The notes under the pieces were generated by a model. It had not been told where the DNA came from, did no database searches, and was given only the letters and a program-made list of their open reading frames with translations. A DNA stretch of 64,000 nucleotides from Octopus sinensis (lineage: Eukaryota). The translations under genes and the position numbers were made by a program. Location: NCBI RefSeq assembly GCF_006345805.1, contig NC_042999.1, positions 116,746,001-116,810,000 on the forward strand. Reading direction: 5' to 3'. Positions 27,593 to 41,489 of this stretch are shown in pieces (position 1 is the stretch's first letter; every line of letters starts with the position of its first letter).

Positions 27593-28048
27593 ATATGGTC
27601 TTCTTGTGACCTAATTATGCACCCAACGGATTACAGCAGCCACTGTTCCTCGATTTATTTTAAACAGTAACTTCCTTATTTTGAAATGCTTCCAGAACAG
27701 AGTAGTTAGTTCCAAGCAGGGTGGGTGGGTATGGTCGCGACGTCAGCAGGTTTATAGTGTTCGGGGAGAGTAGCAGGAAGAGAAAGGATGGTCGTGGTAG
27801 TGGGAGTGTATGAATCATGATCATCTTTATCAAGAGAAGCGACTGGATCGATACGTAATGTACCGGGATTCAGTCAGTGCACTGGAATGGGCTCTGCTAG
27901 ACTGTGTGCATGTGTGTGTGTGTGTGTGGAGAAAGAGAGAGAGAAAGACAGAGACAGAGGCTGTGCTTCGATGTTTGTGTATGTGCGCCCGAGTGCGTGT
28001 GTGCTCTCTCGCTCGCTTAACGTCGGTTGACACATGCAGACGACTCAC

Positions 28049-28105
28049 CCTGTTTATCCCCTCTCTCTCTCTCTCTGCTGTGTCGATGCGGCAACTTCCG
28101 CTGGA
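28049..28105 (-). other. Candidate non-coding first exon of an unidentified minus-strand gene
   Basis: Consensus donor CAGG|GTGAGT on the minus strand (+ strand ACTCAC|CCTG, exon edge 28049), ETS-like GCGGAAGT at 28094-28101, and CpG-rich context. The upstream limit is a guess. Confidence 0.45.
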
Positions 28106-28114
28106 TCCCTTGCC

Positions 28115-28153
<39 letters not shown>

Positions 28154-28637
28154 CGTATCTGTATGTGTATGCATATGCATGTGTATACGTGTGCTAGTGA
28201 AAGTGTGACACATTGGTCTCTCGTCCCTTTCCTTCTTTACTTGTCGTCGTCATCGTCTCTCTTTCTACCCCCCCCCCCTTTTTTTTTAATTCCCTCTCGC
28301 GGCTACCACTGCTTGCCCCTTTGCAAAGAGTTGTGTGTGTATTCTGTGTGTTTGTTTATGACACATTGTCTTCTCCCCCATCCCCCTCTCTCTCTTTCCA
28401 TATCTGTCTCTCACACATACCCTTTCCTAGGCTCACTATCTCTATCTCTCCCTTACTCTGTAGCTCCCCACGTTCCGCTGCTACGACTACCACTGCTTGC
28501 CCCAGTAGTTCGCTTAGACGTCTATGTATTTATTTGTTTATGACACATTTTTCTGTCTGTCTGCTCCCCCCACTCTCTCTCTCTCTCTGTAGATCCCTCT
28601 TTATTTTTCTCGCTTTCACACATTTTGAAGTTTCTTT

Positions 28638-28673
<36 letters not shown>

Positions 28674-28772
28674 CATCTCTTTCTCTCTCACTCATTTTTT
28701 TAAATAATTTATGCCAAAACCACCTTATTTCACAATCTATCAATCTCGCTCTCCCTTTTTCTTTCTGTCTTC

Positions 28773-28811
<39 letters not shown>

Positions 28812-28967
28812 TCTCTCTCTCTCTCTTTTACCACTGCTTGCCCAACTACGGAGTTGAACTCTTAAAGCACAAGAAATATTACAATCTCTTCCTGACCTCC
28901 AATAAATGGCAATCGTCGCAGCGTTCCCCAAAAATTCAACCAATCGCTAACGTATGAAGTTCAACTC
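28094..28967 (-). promoter_or_regulatory. Candidate promoter region
   Basis: ETS-like site, CCAAT at 28899 and 28940, repeated non-TE motifs, CT/GA microsatellites, and a CpG transition. Confidence 0.4.
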
Positions 28968-30281
28968 TGTTGTCCCATTTCCCCGATATTTATATTATAT
29001 GTAATATATATATATTAAGAGTTGGCTTGTTTGATGATAGTGAGGAAGTGATGTGGATTAACAATTATAATGATGAGTAGGAATTTCCACACCAAGGATA
29101 TTTCCAGTTTCTTATTTTATTTTTTATTTTAACCTTCAAATGAATACTTACACATTAATTTCTCATAAATCCATGTACACACAGCCGCCTGCAAGATGAC
29201 TATGCATCTATGTACGATTCTAAATACACACATATATTGTGTCTATAGATAAAAATTTGTGTGTGTGTGTGTGTTTGTTTGGCGTAGTGGTTGGGTGTGT
29301 TGCACTCATGATCGTAAGATTGTGGTTTCAATACCTGGCTGGATCGGGCGTCGCGCTATGTTCTTGTCTGTCCACTCAGATGGCAAGAATTTGTAATACT
29401 GTGTTTCAGGGAAACCGCCTTATAAAGGTTTATGGCTCGAGAAAGATCAGTGATACGTTCATATATTCTTTTCTTCTTTTTGCTTCAGTCATTTGACTGC
29501 GGCCATGCTGGAGCACTGCTACCCAGGACTTATTTTTTGTAAGCCTAGTACTTATTCTATCGGTCTGTTTTTCCGAATCGCTAAGTTACGGGGACGTGAA
29601 CACACTAACATCGGTTGTCAAGCGATGGCGGGAGGACAAACAAACACACACATACACACATATATGCGACGGGATTATTTCAGTTTCCATCACAAGGCTT
29701 TGACCGGCCCGAGGGTATAGTAGAAGACACTTGACCAAGGTACCAGGGACTGAACCCGGAACCATGTGGTTGGTAAGCAAGCTACTTACCACACAGCCAC
29801 TCCTGCGCCTAACAGCCTATATATATATATATATATATCATTTAAATATATTAAGTCTTTCTTCTCGAGGCTCTTTTCTCTTCTGTATTTTTCTTCGCTC
29901 TGATGGAGCTCTATGTTCCAGATCGGATGTGTTACAAAACATGATGAATATTATTTTCAGAATTTTCAATGGCAACACTGTGGGACATTAGAAGCAGAAA
30001 CGGCTGTTAGATGGGATAAATTCTTTGTATTAAAAAGTAATAATCGATGCTAGTCAATTGTTGTTGATCAATATTTCTCCATTTTCTGTTTACTTTAAAT
30101 TTGATTCCTGATAAACTCATGTTTATCTTTGTCATTGCCTGTATCCTATGAGCATAATATGCTTGCATATGTATGCCCAGGGTTAACAATTATACCGCTT
30201 GTAAAACGGATATTTTTATCCCTTAGACGGTTATTCCAACTCCTAACTCTACTAGCCTATATATATGTATATATATATATA

Positions 30282-30360
<79 letters not shown>

Positions 30361-30834
30361 AATAAGGATAATATCGATATTGTCAAGTGACCAGCATGGA
30401 ATAAATACCATACAAGGGTAATAATTGTTTACAACTATAAATAAGGGTATCTGAGACACACCACCATGCCGAAATAGCAGCCAAAACCCTGGCTCTAAAA
30501 ACCACCTTAAATGTTCATATCGCGCCATGAGATAAGACAGAGAGACAAAATAAACTAGCAAAAAAAAAAGATATTACTGGATAAGTCAAGATCCTGGATT
30601 TCTAGTTCTGCTTCAAATAAGCTCTGCCTTCGTCAGTTGAATATACCAGATGGGCACATAAATACAAATATATATACAGAATATATTCTACCGAGGTTGA
30701 CTTTGTCTTTCATCCTTTCGGAGGTCATTAAAATAAGTTCCAGTTGAGTACTGGGGTCGATGTAATTGACTTATCCTCTCCGAAACTGATGGCCTTGTGC
30801 CAAATACTGAACGCATTAGGCTAAAGCGTTTTAA

Positions 30835-31007
30835 GGCGGCGAGCTGGCAGAATCGTTAGCGCTCCGGACAAAACGTTTAGGCGGTATTTCGTCCGTTTTA
30901 CGTACTGAGTTCATCCCTTTCGGAGTCGATAAAATAAATATTGGATTGAAGTAATCAACTTTCCCCTTTCTCTCGAAACTGTTGGCCTTCTACCAAAATG
31001 TGAAACT
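30835..31007 (+). mobile_element. tRNA-derived Deu/Nin-like SINE (CpG-intact copy)
   Basis: GGCGGCGAGCTGGCAGAATCGTTAGC...CATCCCTTTCGGAGTCGATAAAATAA. Confidence 0.75.
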
Positions 31008-31229
31008 AAAGAGTTTTTCGTGTTTATGCAACTAGTTTGCATTCAGTTTACTTGAGTTAATGAAATGTACAGTGCATGTCGAAAATTGTAATGGTTGACA
31101 AATTACTCTTTTACCTTCTATATATCACTCAACACGTCAAAGTTGCATTACCTCCATATCCTCCAACAGTGAGATAATAATCCAATCAACCTCAGCATAA
31201 TAACTATACATAATAACTATAGGGTAGAG

Positions 31230-31510
31230 GCTGAGACTTCCTTCGGTCATGAATGATCATGGCATTGCACGTAGAAAGTTCCTCCCGAGGCAGTCGCTCC
31301 TGCCTACCAGCCACCCTCTCCATGTCACCGATGTTATCAAATAGGGGGTATAAATAAAGCAGATTGGCACCAGTGACGTCGCAATTCATTTCTACAGATA
31401 AGTGAACTGGAGCAACGTAAAATAAAGTGTCTTGCTCAAGAACACAAGACAGCCCGGGACGAGAACCGAATTCAGTACCTTAGGATTGCAAACCCGATGC
31501 TCTAACCACT
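31230..31510 (-). mobile_element. tRNA-derived SINE, second family
   Basis: The reverse complement has a tRNA-like head and the core GTGTTCTTGAGCAAGACACTTTA. A + strand copy lies at 47603-47920. Confidence 0.7.
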
Positions 31511-31849
31511 ACGTGTCTAGTTTCGGCATATTTGGCATTAGAAATTTTTTTTCTTTTGCACTTGTTTATAAGTTGTTTATAAATTTAACCTTTAAATGTA
31601 TTTTTTAATATGCTGGCCATTGATAACATTTTTTTCGAAAAATTTTATCCTATATTAGATGTAAATTTAATAGCGTTCTCTTCCAGACTCTCTCACTCTA
31701 TGAGAGTTTTCAGTTCGAATCGCACGTGTTTCGAATGGGCTGGAGAATTTCTATTTTGGATATATTTGGGGTACTTAATTGTGCTCATGACTTAGTGTTT
31801 GCATCTTCCATGTGTATAAGTAAGTATTTCATTTATTTCTTTGCCGCAT

Positions 31850-31914
31850 TTATCACTGACGAAGAAAGAGAAGGTTCTTATGAATTAACTCTGAAATCGG
31901 GTCCGATATGATAA
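31850..31914 (+). ncRNA. Type I hammerhead ribozyme motif
   Basis: Helix I TTATCA/TGATAA, core CTGACGA (31856-62), helix II AGA...TCT, GAAA (31893-96), helix III TCGG-GT-CCGA, cleavage triplet ATA (cut after 31908). Confidence 0.75.
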
Positions 31915-32055
31915 TAACGGAATTTTTTAGAAATTTCTGTCGGCTTTCTTCGAGACACGTACTTATAGTGATGAATTATATGGTTATGGACGATGTGTCT
32001 AGTTTCGGCATATCTGGCATTAGAATTTTTTCTTTTGCCCTTGTTTATAAGCTGG

Positions 32056-32104
<49 letters not shown>

Positions 32105-32106
32105 AT

Positions 32107-32320
32107 TTTTAATCCAAACGGGAAACAAAAAACAACAACAATGGAACAATTACAGTATTATTATTAATAGGCGCTCAGGAAACGGAAGCGGGAGGTATGA
32201 CGTTTCGAGCGGAGCTCTTCGTCGGAAACATAAGAAAAGAGGAAGAGAGAGGAAAGAAAGATCCCAGAGCGGGCAACAGGGAAAGAGAAAAAAGACGACT
32301 GGTGTTTACGAGTTGCACAT
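32107..32320 (-). mobile_element. About 200-bp minimal-hammerhead element (copy 2, diverged)
   Basis: Reverse complement GTTT-CCGACGA-AGAGCTCCGCTC-GAAAC-GTC at 32195-32229. Confidence 0.7.
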
Positions 32321-32772
32321 GGTGAAAGGCGGATGTTTACGAAAACAGAGCAAAGTGGGTTTTTAAAGGCAAAAGAGTGGAGACAAGGTTGGTAACACAA
32401 CATATATATATATGTGTGTAGTTCAGATTTATAGAAAAAGAAAAGATAAAGACAGGTGTAGGAACAAGAAGCAAATGTATTAGTTTGACGCTCGGGAAAA
32501 ATGGAGAAGTCGTTTACATTTCCAGCCTACGCTCTTCGACACAAAGTAATAAGTGGAAATAGAGAGAGAATGGAAAAACGTACACAGGGTTCAGCGGTCC
32601 AACATGGCAATACATTATTTTTCTTGTTTTCCTTATTAGTTCATTTAGAGTCCAGTTAAAGATATTGTAGCTGTAACTTATAACTGGGATAGCTAGATTG
32701 TTGATACGTATTATCTTGTTTTTCACATTGAGTTCTGTTTTCAGTATTAATCTAACTCGTCTATTATTATTA

Positions 32773-32819
<47 letters not shown>

Positions 32820-35225
32820 TATTATTATTATTGTTATTTTGTTTTTAATCTGGTACTTACTCTGTCACACTCTTCTGTTGAACGGTGAAGATACAGGGAC
32901 GTAAACAGACCGACGCCGGTTATTAAGCGATGAGGGACAAACACAAATACACACGCATGCGTGCGCATACACACACAGAACGGGCTTCTATACAGTGGCC
33001 CGAGGCTATAGTAGAAGTTATTTGCCCAAGGTTCCACGAATGTGATTGAATCCAAAACCCCGCGGCTGCGGAGAAAGCTTCTTGACCACACAGCCATGGT
33101 CTGCGCCTATAAATATTAACGCCGTTCCCATGCAGGAATCGGACCAGGGCTGCTTAGGTGAAAGTCAGGCATTGTTACGCAATCAACAGCCACGCAGCGT
33201 AATGTTAACTGGACGGTGTGCGCGGATCGTACAAGGTGGCCACTTTATATACATATGTTTTCTGCAATAAAATATCCGTTACGTTTGAAGAAGAGGCGCT
33301 CTATCTGACTATTGCATAGGTGCAAAACCTACGCAACACATCTAATTGTTATAACTACAACAGCTTAATGATTTAGGTTTCTTGTTCAGGATCTCAAAAT
33401 ATTTCATTCCTAACCAGTTGCTCTATAAAATTCAGAAATGTGTCATGAGAATACTGGGATCTTTTCTGTTTGGTTGCCAATTTTCAGTTTCTTCAATTTC
33501 TGTTCGAATTGATTTCATTTTCGGTGTAATGATATAGTTTTATATGCTAATCAATGCCTTGAAATTCATTTTCGCTATAAATAAAAAAAATAAAGCGTTA
33601 ATTTTAGCCAATCGTATGCCACAGACACATTCATTCCTCTTTCAATAGTATCAAGCCAAGCATGAGAACTCTTTTGTCTGTGAGAAAGCGCATGTTGACA
33701 GTATATATTCTATTCATTGAGGTGGTGGTGAGATGGGCGAAAAATAACAGCTAAATAAGCCTTAAATCACACACTTCCAAAATTTTTGGTTTTGGTTTTT
33801 GCATAATCGTATGAATTTCCGAGAAAGATCTCCTGAGATTCAGCTTAGTAAACTACATTAATGTACCACATTTTAAAATTTTCAATAAACTTTAAATTGG
33901 CAACCAAACTGAAAAGATTCGAGTACTGTTTTTTCTCAACACACATATTGTTTTATATTTCTTTCTATTATTAGCATAAGGCCTGAGATCTTGAGGGAGG
34001 ACCTCAGTACTTGACTGATACTTCCTTATATCGACTGCAAAATGCTGAAAAGCAAAGTCGAACTTGATGGACTTTGAACTCCGAACGCAAAATTGGAAAT
34101 TTTTCCGCGGCAACCTAACGGTTCTGCTAGCTTGCCGTCATTCGAGAGTCTATATAATTAATGTAGTTGATTCAGCACCAACACACTTAATGCGGTGAAC
34201 AAGAACACTCTTAAGCGGCGAATTAGAAGGGTTGTTAAAGCATAAGACAAACTACCTCACAGCATTCTATTCTGTGTTCAAATCCCGCTGGAGTTAACTT
34301 TGTTTTTCTTCCCTTTGAATCGATGAATTAAGTCCAAGGCTTGGAGTGGTAGATGAGATGCGTTTAAGTATTTGTTTTGACTCTTTGCGTTCTTTGGTGA
34401 CAGGCTTAAACCGTTGCCCAATTTAACTCAAGCCAAGTGTTCTAAATTGTGCGCGCGTATACGCTTTATAACCAGCGCACAAAGGGGAAAATGTACGCAT
34501 ATAAGGTTTTGAAATCGAATTGTTTTAACTGATGAAATTTATCTCATAATTTCATAATCCCGAAAGGATGAAAAGCAAATTCGACTCCGGTGGAATTTGA
34601 ACTCAACGTAAAGACAAGCGAAATGCCGCTAAGCATTTTACCTGGTGTCCTAATGACTCTGCCAGCTCGCTGCTTTATCTTATAATTTCATAACAGAACC
34701 AAAACATACTTATGATACACACTGAAAAATGGCGAGCATTTGTTTAGATGGTCAATATAACGATGATTTCTGGCATGGATGAACACATGCTTTGCAAACA
34801 ACGATAAAATTTGCACACAAATAAATTTCTATGCACATCCGCATCAACAAAAAAGAAAAAACAAAAAAGAGAGAAAAGAATTAGAAGAATCATTGCCAAC
34901 CACCTGGTCCTTGGTTGCTTTTGGTGTGGTTAATTTTGCTGCAAGCATTCGGTTTGAAGACAACTTTCTTCCCTTCTTCTACAAGTCTCAGAGGCTCCGA
35001 AAAAAAAATTTTTTTAAACCTTGGCTAAACAGTGAAAAAAAGAAAATGAACAAATTGGGAAGTAAATAGGCGTCGTTATGTGGTAAGAAGTTTGGCAAAT
35101 ATACGATTTGAGGTTCACTTCCACTACATGGCACCTTCGGCAAACGTTTTCTGCTATAGCCTCAGGCCGACCAAATCCTTGTGAGTAGATTTGGTAGATA
35201 GAAACTGAAAGAAGCTCGTCGTGTT

Positions 35226-35262
<37 letters not shown>

Positions 35263-35282
35263 GCCCACACACACTCTCATAC

Positions 35283-35330
<48 letters not shown>

Positions 35331-35385
35331 TGATTGTCTACTCCTTGCAGAGCTTGATCTCTTCTTGTACCTATAATCACTTTTC

Positions 35386-35691
35386 CTAGCATGAGATCTT
35401 AAATGAAAGGTGTTTGAAGAGTTGATCACATATCTTGGAGCAATGCCTCGTTTTAGTATTGGTCCCATTTTCCGCTTGTTTATTCTGCAACTTGAAGTGT
35501 CGTTTCAATCTTTTATATGCCTTGCAGGTTTTTTGACAGACATTGCATTGAAACTAATCATCCGGGATGAAATTCTAAGTGTCCATGCAAACCTTGCTCA
35601 CATGGACACGCTGGTGCGATATCATACCAGTGTCAGATATGCATACTTTTGTGCATAAAGAACAGTTAAAGAGGGAACAAGAAACTCTCGC
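35386..35691 (-). pseudogene. Degenerate tandem C2H2 zinc-finger coding fragment
   Basis: The minus frame reads FNCSLCTKVCISDTGMISHQRVH..*..*FQCNVCQKTCKAYKRLKRHFKLQ...CSKICDQLFK, with two in-frame TAG and a frameshifted HLRSH. Confidence 0.65.
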
Positions 35692-36449
35692 AAAGCTTAT
35701 GATATTAATCTCGTTTTTACGAAATTTTCTTTGCATTTCAGCTTGCTTAAATCTTGCTCAAAATCTTTAACGCCGCTCCAAATCGTAGTTCTACATTTTA
35801 TATACTGAAGTGCGCGTGTGTGTTTATGTCTGTGGTTGTCTCCCATCATCGCTTGACAACAAGCGTTGGTTTGTTTACGTCTGCGTAACTTAGCGTTTCG
35901 GCAAAAGGAGACGGACGGAATAAGAACAAGGTTTAAAAAAAGTACTGGGGTTGATTTATTCGACTAAACCTTAAGACGTTGTGCCCCAGCACGGCCGCAG
36001 ATCAGTGACTAAAACAAGTAAAGAATATGATAAATGTTTAAAACTGATCAAGGCCGCATTAAATGTATTTGCATTAACTAATTGTTTTCCTAAGTAATGA
36101 CATCCGATTGCTTAACAAAATCTCATAACGTTCAACAACCCTCAGCTTACAAATACATTGTTTCTTTTCTGAGCCTCTTATACCATCTTCACAATAGTCT
36201 CTACTTATCTGAAGAAGAAAGCTACGTACCAGGCGCAGGCGTAGCTGTGTGATAAGAAGCTTACTTCCCAAACCACATGGTTCTAGGTTCAGTCCCACTG
36301 CGTGGCACCTTGGACTAGTGTCTTCTATTATAGCCTCGAGCCAACCAAAACCTTGTGAGAGGATCTGGTAGATGGAAACTGAAAGAAGCTCGTCTTATAC
36401 ATACATACATACATACATACATACATACATACATACATACATACATACA

Positions 36450-36485
<36 letters not shown>

Positions 36486-36592
36486 TATATATATTTGTTG
36501 AAATAGAAAGATGAATTTTCTTGTAACAGATTATTCTGTACAAAGGTATTCTGTACAATCTTCGTTCAACTCCATTTATTCATTCACTAATT

Positions 36593-36595
<3 letters not shown>

Positions 36596-36634
<39 letters not shown>

Positions 36635-36708
36635 CATACATATATTTATAAAGTGCTACTCACAAAACTCTCGAGCTTTCAGTCACTCTGTTATTTCTAC
36701 TTGATATA

Positions 36709-36781
<73 letters not shown>

Positions 36782-37173
36782 CTATGTATATATGTATATA
36801 TATATATATATGTATATGTATATATATATATGTATATATATTATATATATATATATGATATATATATATGTATATATATATGTATATATATATGTATATA
36901 TATATGTATATTATATAGTATATATATATATATACATATATATATAATATCTATGTATATATATATATATATATATGATATATACATATATATATATATT
37001 ATAATAATATATATATATAGATATAATAATATATATATATATATATATATAAGATATAACATATATCTATATATATATTATATATACATATATATATATA
37101 TATATATAATATTATACATAGATATATACATATATATATACATATATATATACATATATAATATATATATATA

Positions 37174-37204
<31 letters not shown>

Positions 37205-37206
37205 CC

Positions 37207-37246
<40 letters not shown>

Positions 37247-37278
37247 CTATATATATATAATATATATAATATATTATA

Positions 37279-37343
<65 letters not shown>

Positions 37344-37413
37344 TATATATAATATATATAATATATATATATATATACTTATATATATATATACATATAT
37401 ATATTATACAATC

Positions 37414-37482
<69 letters not shown>

Positions 37483-37601
37483 TATATATACATATCTATA
37501 TATATATATACCATATATATATATATATTATCTACATATATATTATTATATATATATAATATACTATATATATATATATATATATAGATATAATATATAC
37601 A

Positions 37602-37636
<35 letters not shown>

Positions 37637-38112
37637 TACATATATATATATAACATATATATTATATATACTACATATATATATATATACATACATATTA
37701 TATATATACATATTATCTATATATAACATATATATATATATATACAACATATATATATATATACAATACATATATATATATACATATATATAATATACAT
37801 ATATATATTATACATAATATATATATATTACATACATATATATATATACATACATATATATATACATTACATATATATATATTATTACAATATATATATA
37901 TATACATATATATAATAATATATATATATATATTACATATATATATACATATATATCTTATATAATATACCTATATATATATATTATACTATATATATAT
38001 ATATATATATATCCATATATATATATATACATATATATTATATATACATATATTATATATATATATATACATATATATATATAATATATATTATATAATA
38101 TATATAATATAC

Positions 38113-38149
<37 letters not shown>

Positions 38150-38151
38150 CA

Positions 38152-38239
<88 letters not shown>

Positions 38240-38296
38240 TATATATACATATATATATATATACATATATATTATATATACATATATATATTATAC

Positions 38297-38327
<31 letters not shown>

Positions 38328-38369
38328 CATATATATATATTATATACAATATATATATATTATATATTA

Positions 38370-38405
<36 letters not shown>

Positions 38406-38449
38406 CATATATATATATTATACATATATATAATATACATATTATATAT

Positions 38450-38480
<31 letters not shown>

Positions 38481-38556
38481 ATATATATATATATGTATAT
38501 ATATATTATATAATATTGTATATATATTATATATATATAATGTATATAATTATATG

Positions 38557-38614
<58 letters not shown>

Positions 38615-38621
38615 CATATTA

Positions 38622-38652
<31 letters not shown>

Positions 38653-38689
38653 ATGTTATATACATATATATATATATATACATATTATA

Positions 38690-38727
<38 letters not shown>

Positions 38728-38867
38728 ATATATATATAACATATATATATATATATATTATATACATATATATATATATATATATAATATATATATATAC
38801 ATATATATATAATACATATATATATATATATACATAACATATATATATATAACATATATATATATAC

Positions 38868-38898
<31 letters not shown>

Positions 38899-38925
38899 CA
38901 TATATTATATATATATACATACTAG

Positions 38926-38956
<31 letters not shown>

Positions 38957-39049
38957 GATATATATATACATACATATATATATATATACATATTATATAT
39001 ATAGATACATTATATATATATACATATATATAATATATACTATACATAT

Positions 39050-39098
<49 letters not shown>

Positions 39099-39140
39099 AT
39101 ACATATACATATATATATATATATATATAATATATATATC

Positions 39141-39205
<65 letters not shown>

Positions 39206-39256
39206 CATAATAATATATCATATATACTAATATATATATATATAATATATATACAT

Positions 39257-39287
<31 letters not shown>

Positions 39288-39301
39288 CTATATATATATA
39301 T

Positions 39302-39339
<38 letters not shown>

Positions 39340-39446
39340 AAATATATATATATACATATATATATACATATATATATATATACATATAGATATATATATA
39401 TATATACATATAATATATATATACATATATATATATATATACTATA

Positions 39447-39481
<35 letters not shown>

Positions 39482-39494
39482 CATATATATATAC

Positions 39495-39527
<33 letters not shown>

Positions 39528-39567
39528 CATTCTATATATATATACATATATATTTTATATACTATAT

Positions 39568-39610
<43 letters not shown>

Positions 39611-39624
39611 ATATATATATATAG

Positions 39625-39663
<39 letters not shown>

Positions 39664-40172
39664 TACTATATATATATATATCTATATATATATATATACA
39701 TAGATAATATATACATATATATATAATATATATACATATATATATATATATACATATAAAATATAAAATATATAATAGTAAATATATATACATATATATA
39801 ATATAATATATATAATATAAATATATATATATTATAATATATATATATATATAAGCAAATATATCTATAATATATATAATATTATATATATATAATATAT
39901 ATATATACATAATAATATATATATCTTATATAACATATAAATAATATATATATATACATAATATACATAATATAATATATACATATATAAAAACAAAATA
40001 TAAATATATATATACATATATACAATAAATATACATAATAAAATATATATATATATACAATATATATATATATACCAAATATATATATATATATACATAT
40101 ATATCATATATATTATACATATAATCTACATATATATATATTATACATATATATATATACATATATATATAC

Positions 40173-40224
<52 letters not shown>

Positions 40225-40322
40225 TATACATATATAGTATATATACATATATATAATATATTATATATAACATATATATATATATACATATAATATATAT
40301 ACATATTATATATATATATATA

Positions 40323-40357
<35 letters not shown>

Positions 40358-40402
40358 ATATATATACATAATATATATATATACATTATATATATATATA
40401 TA

Positions 40403-40447
<45 letters not shown>

Positions 40448-40486
40448 TAATATACATATATATATATACATATTATATATATATAC

Positions 40487-40535
<49 letters not shown>

Positions 40536-40703
40536 TAATATATATATATATAATACATATATATATATCATATATATATATATATAATATATATATATAA
40601 TATACATATATATATAATATATACATATATATATATATTATCATATATATATATAATACATATATATATATATATACATATATAATATATACATATATAT
40701 TAT

Positions 40704-40734
<31 letters not shown>

Positions 40735-41052
40735 CATATATATATTACATTAATATATATATATATATATATTATACATATATATATATATATATACATA
40801 TATATTATATATTACATATATAATATATATACAATTATATATATACATATATATATATATACATACTATGTATATACATATATCTATATATATACATATA
40901 TATAATATATACATATATATATATACATATATATACATATATATATACATATTATATACATATATAATATACTATATATATATATTACATATATATATTA
41001 TATATACATTATATATCTATATATATATAATATATATAATATATATATATAC

Positions 41053-41088
<36 letters not shown>

Positions 41089-41252
41089 CATCTATATATA
41101 TATATATATTATATATATATATATACTATATATATACATATATATATATATAATATATATATATATATACAATATATATATATATATATATACATAATTA
41201 TATATATCATATATATATTACATATAATATATATATAATATATATACTATAC

Positions 41253-41284
<32 letters not shown>

Positions 41285-41296
41285 TATAACATATAT

Positions 41297-41332
<36 letters not shown>

Positions 41333-41437
41333 CAATATATATATATATATATAATATACATATATATATATATATATATATACATATAATATATACTATA
41401 TATATATATAATATATATATATATATCTATACATATA

Positions 41438-41487
<50 letters not shown>
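36596..41487. repeat. About 4.9-kb interrupted (TA)n tract
   Basis: Direct inspection. All overlapping ORFs are artefacts. Confidence 0.97.

Positions 41488-41488
<1 letters not shown>

Positions 41489-41489
<1 letters not shown>

Noticed and set aside
28304-28843. TACCACTGCTTGCCC is the reverse complement of part of the SMART/RACE universal primer (GGGCAAGCAGTGGTA)
   Set aside because: The flanking primer sequence (CTATA before, TCAACGCAGAGT after) is absent in all three copies, so adapter contamination is unlikely.
33385-33995. Weak inverted similarity around TTTGGTTGCCAATT / TTGGCAACCAAA
   Set aside because: Too degenerate to define ends; probably an old MITE.
36653-41197. Many long YI/IY ORFs
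   Set aside because: Translations of (TA)n microsatellite.
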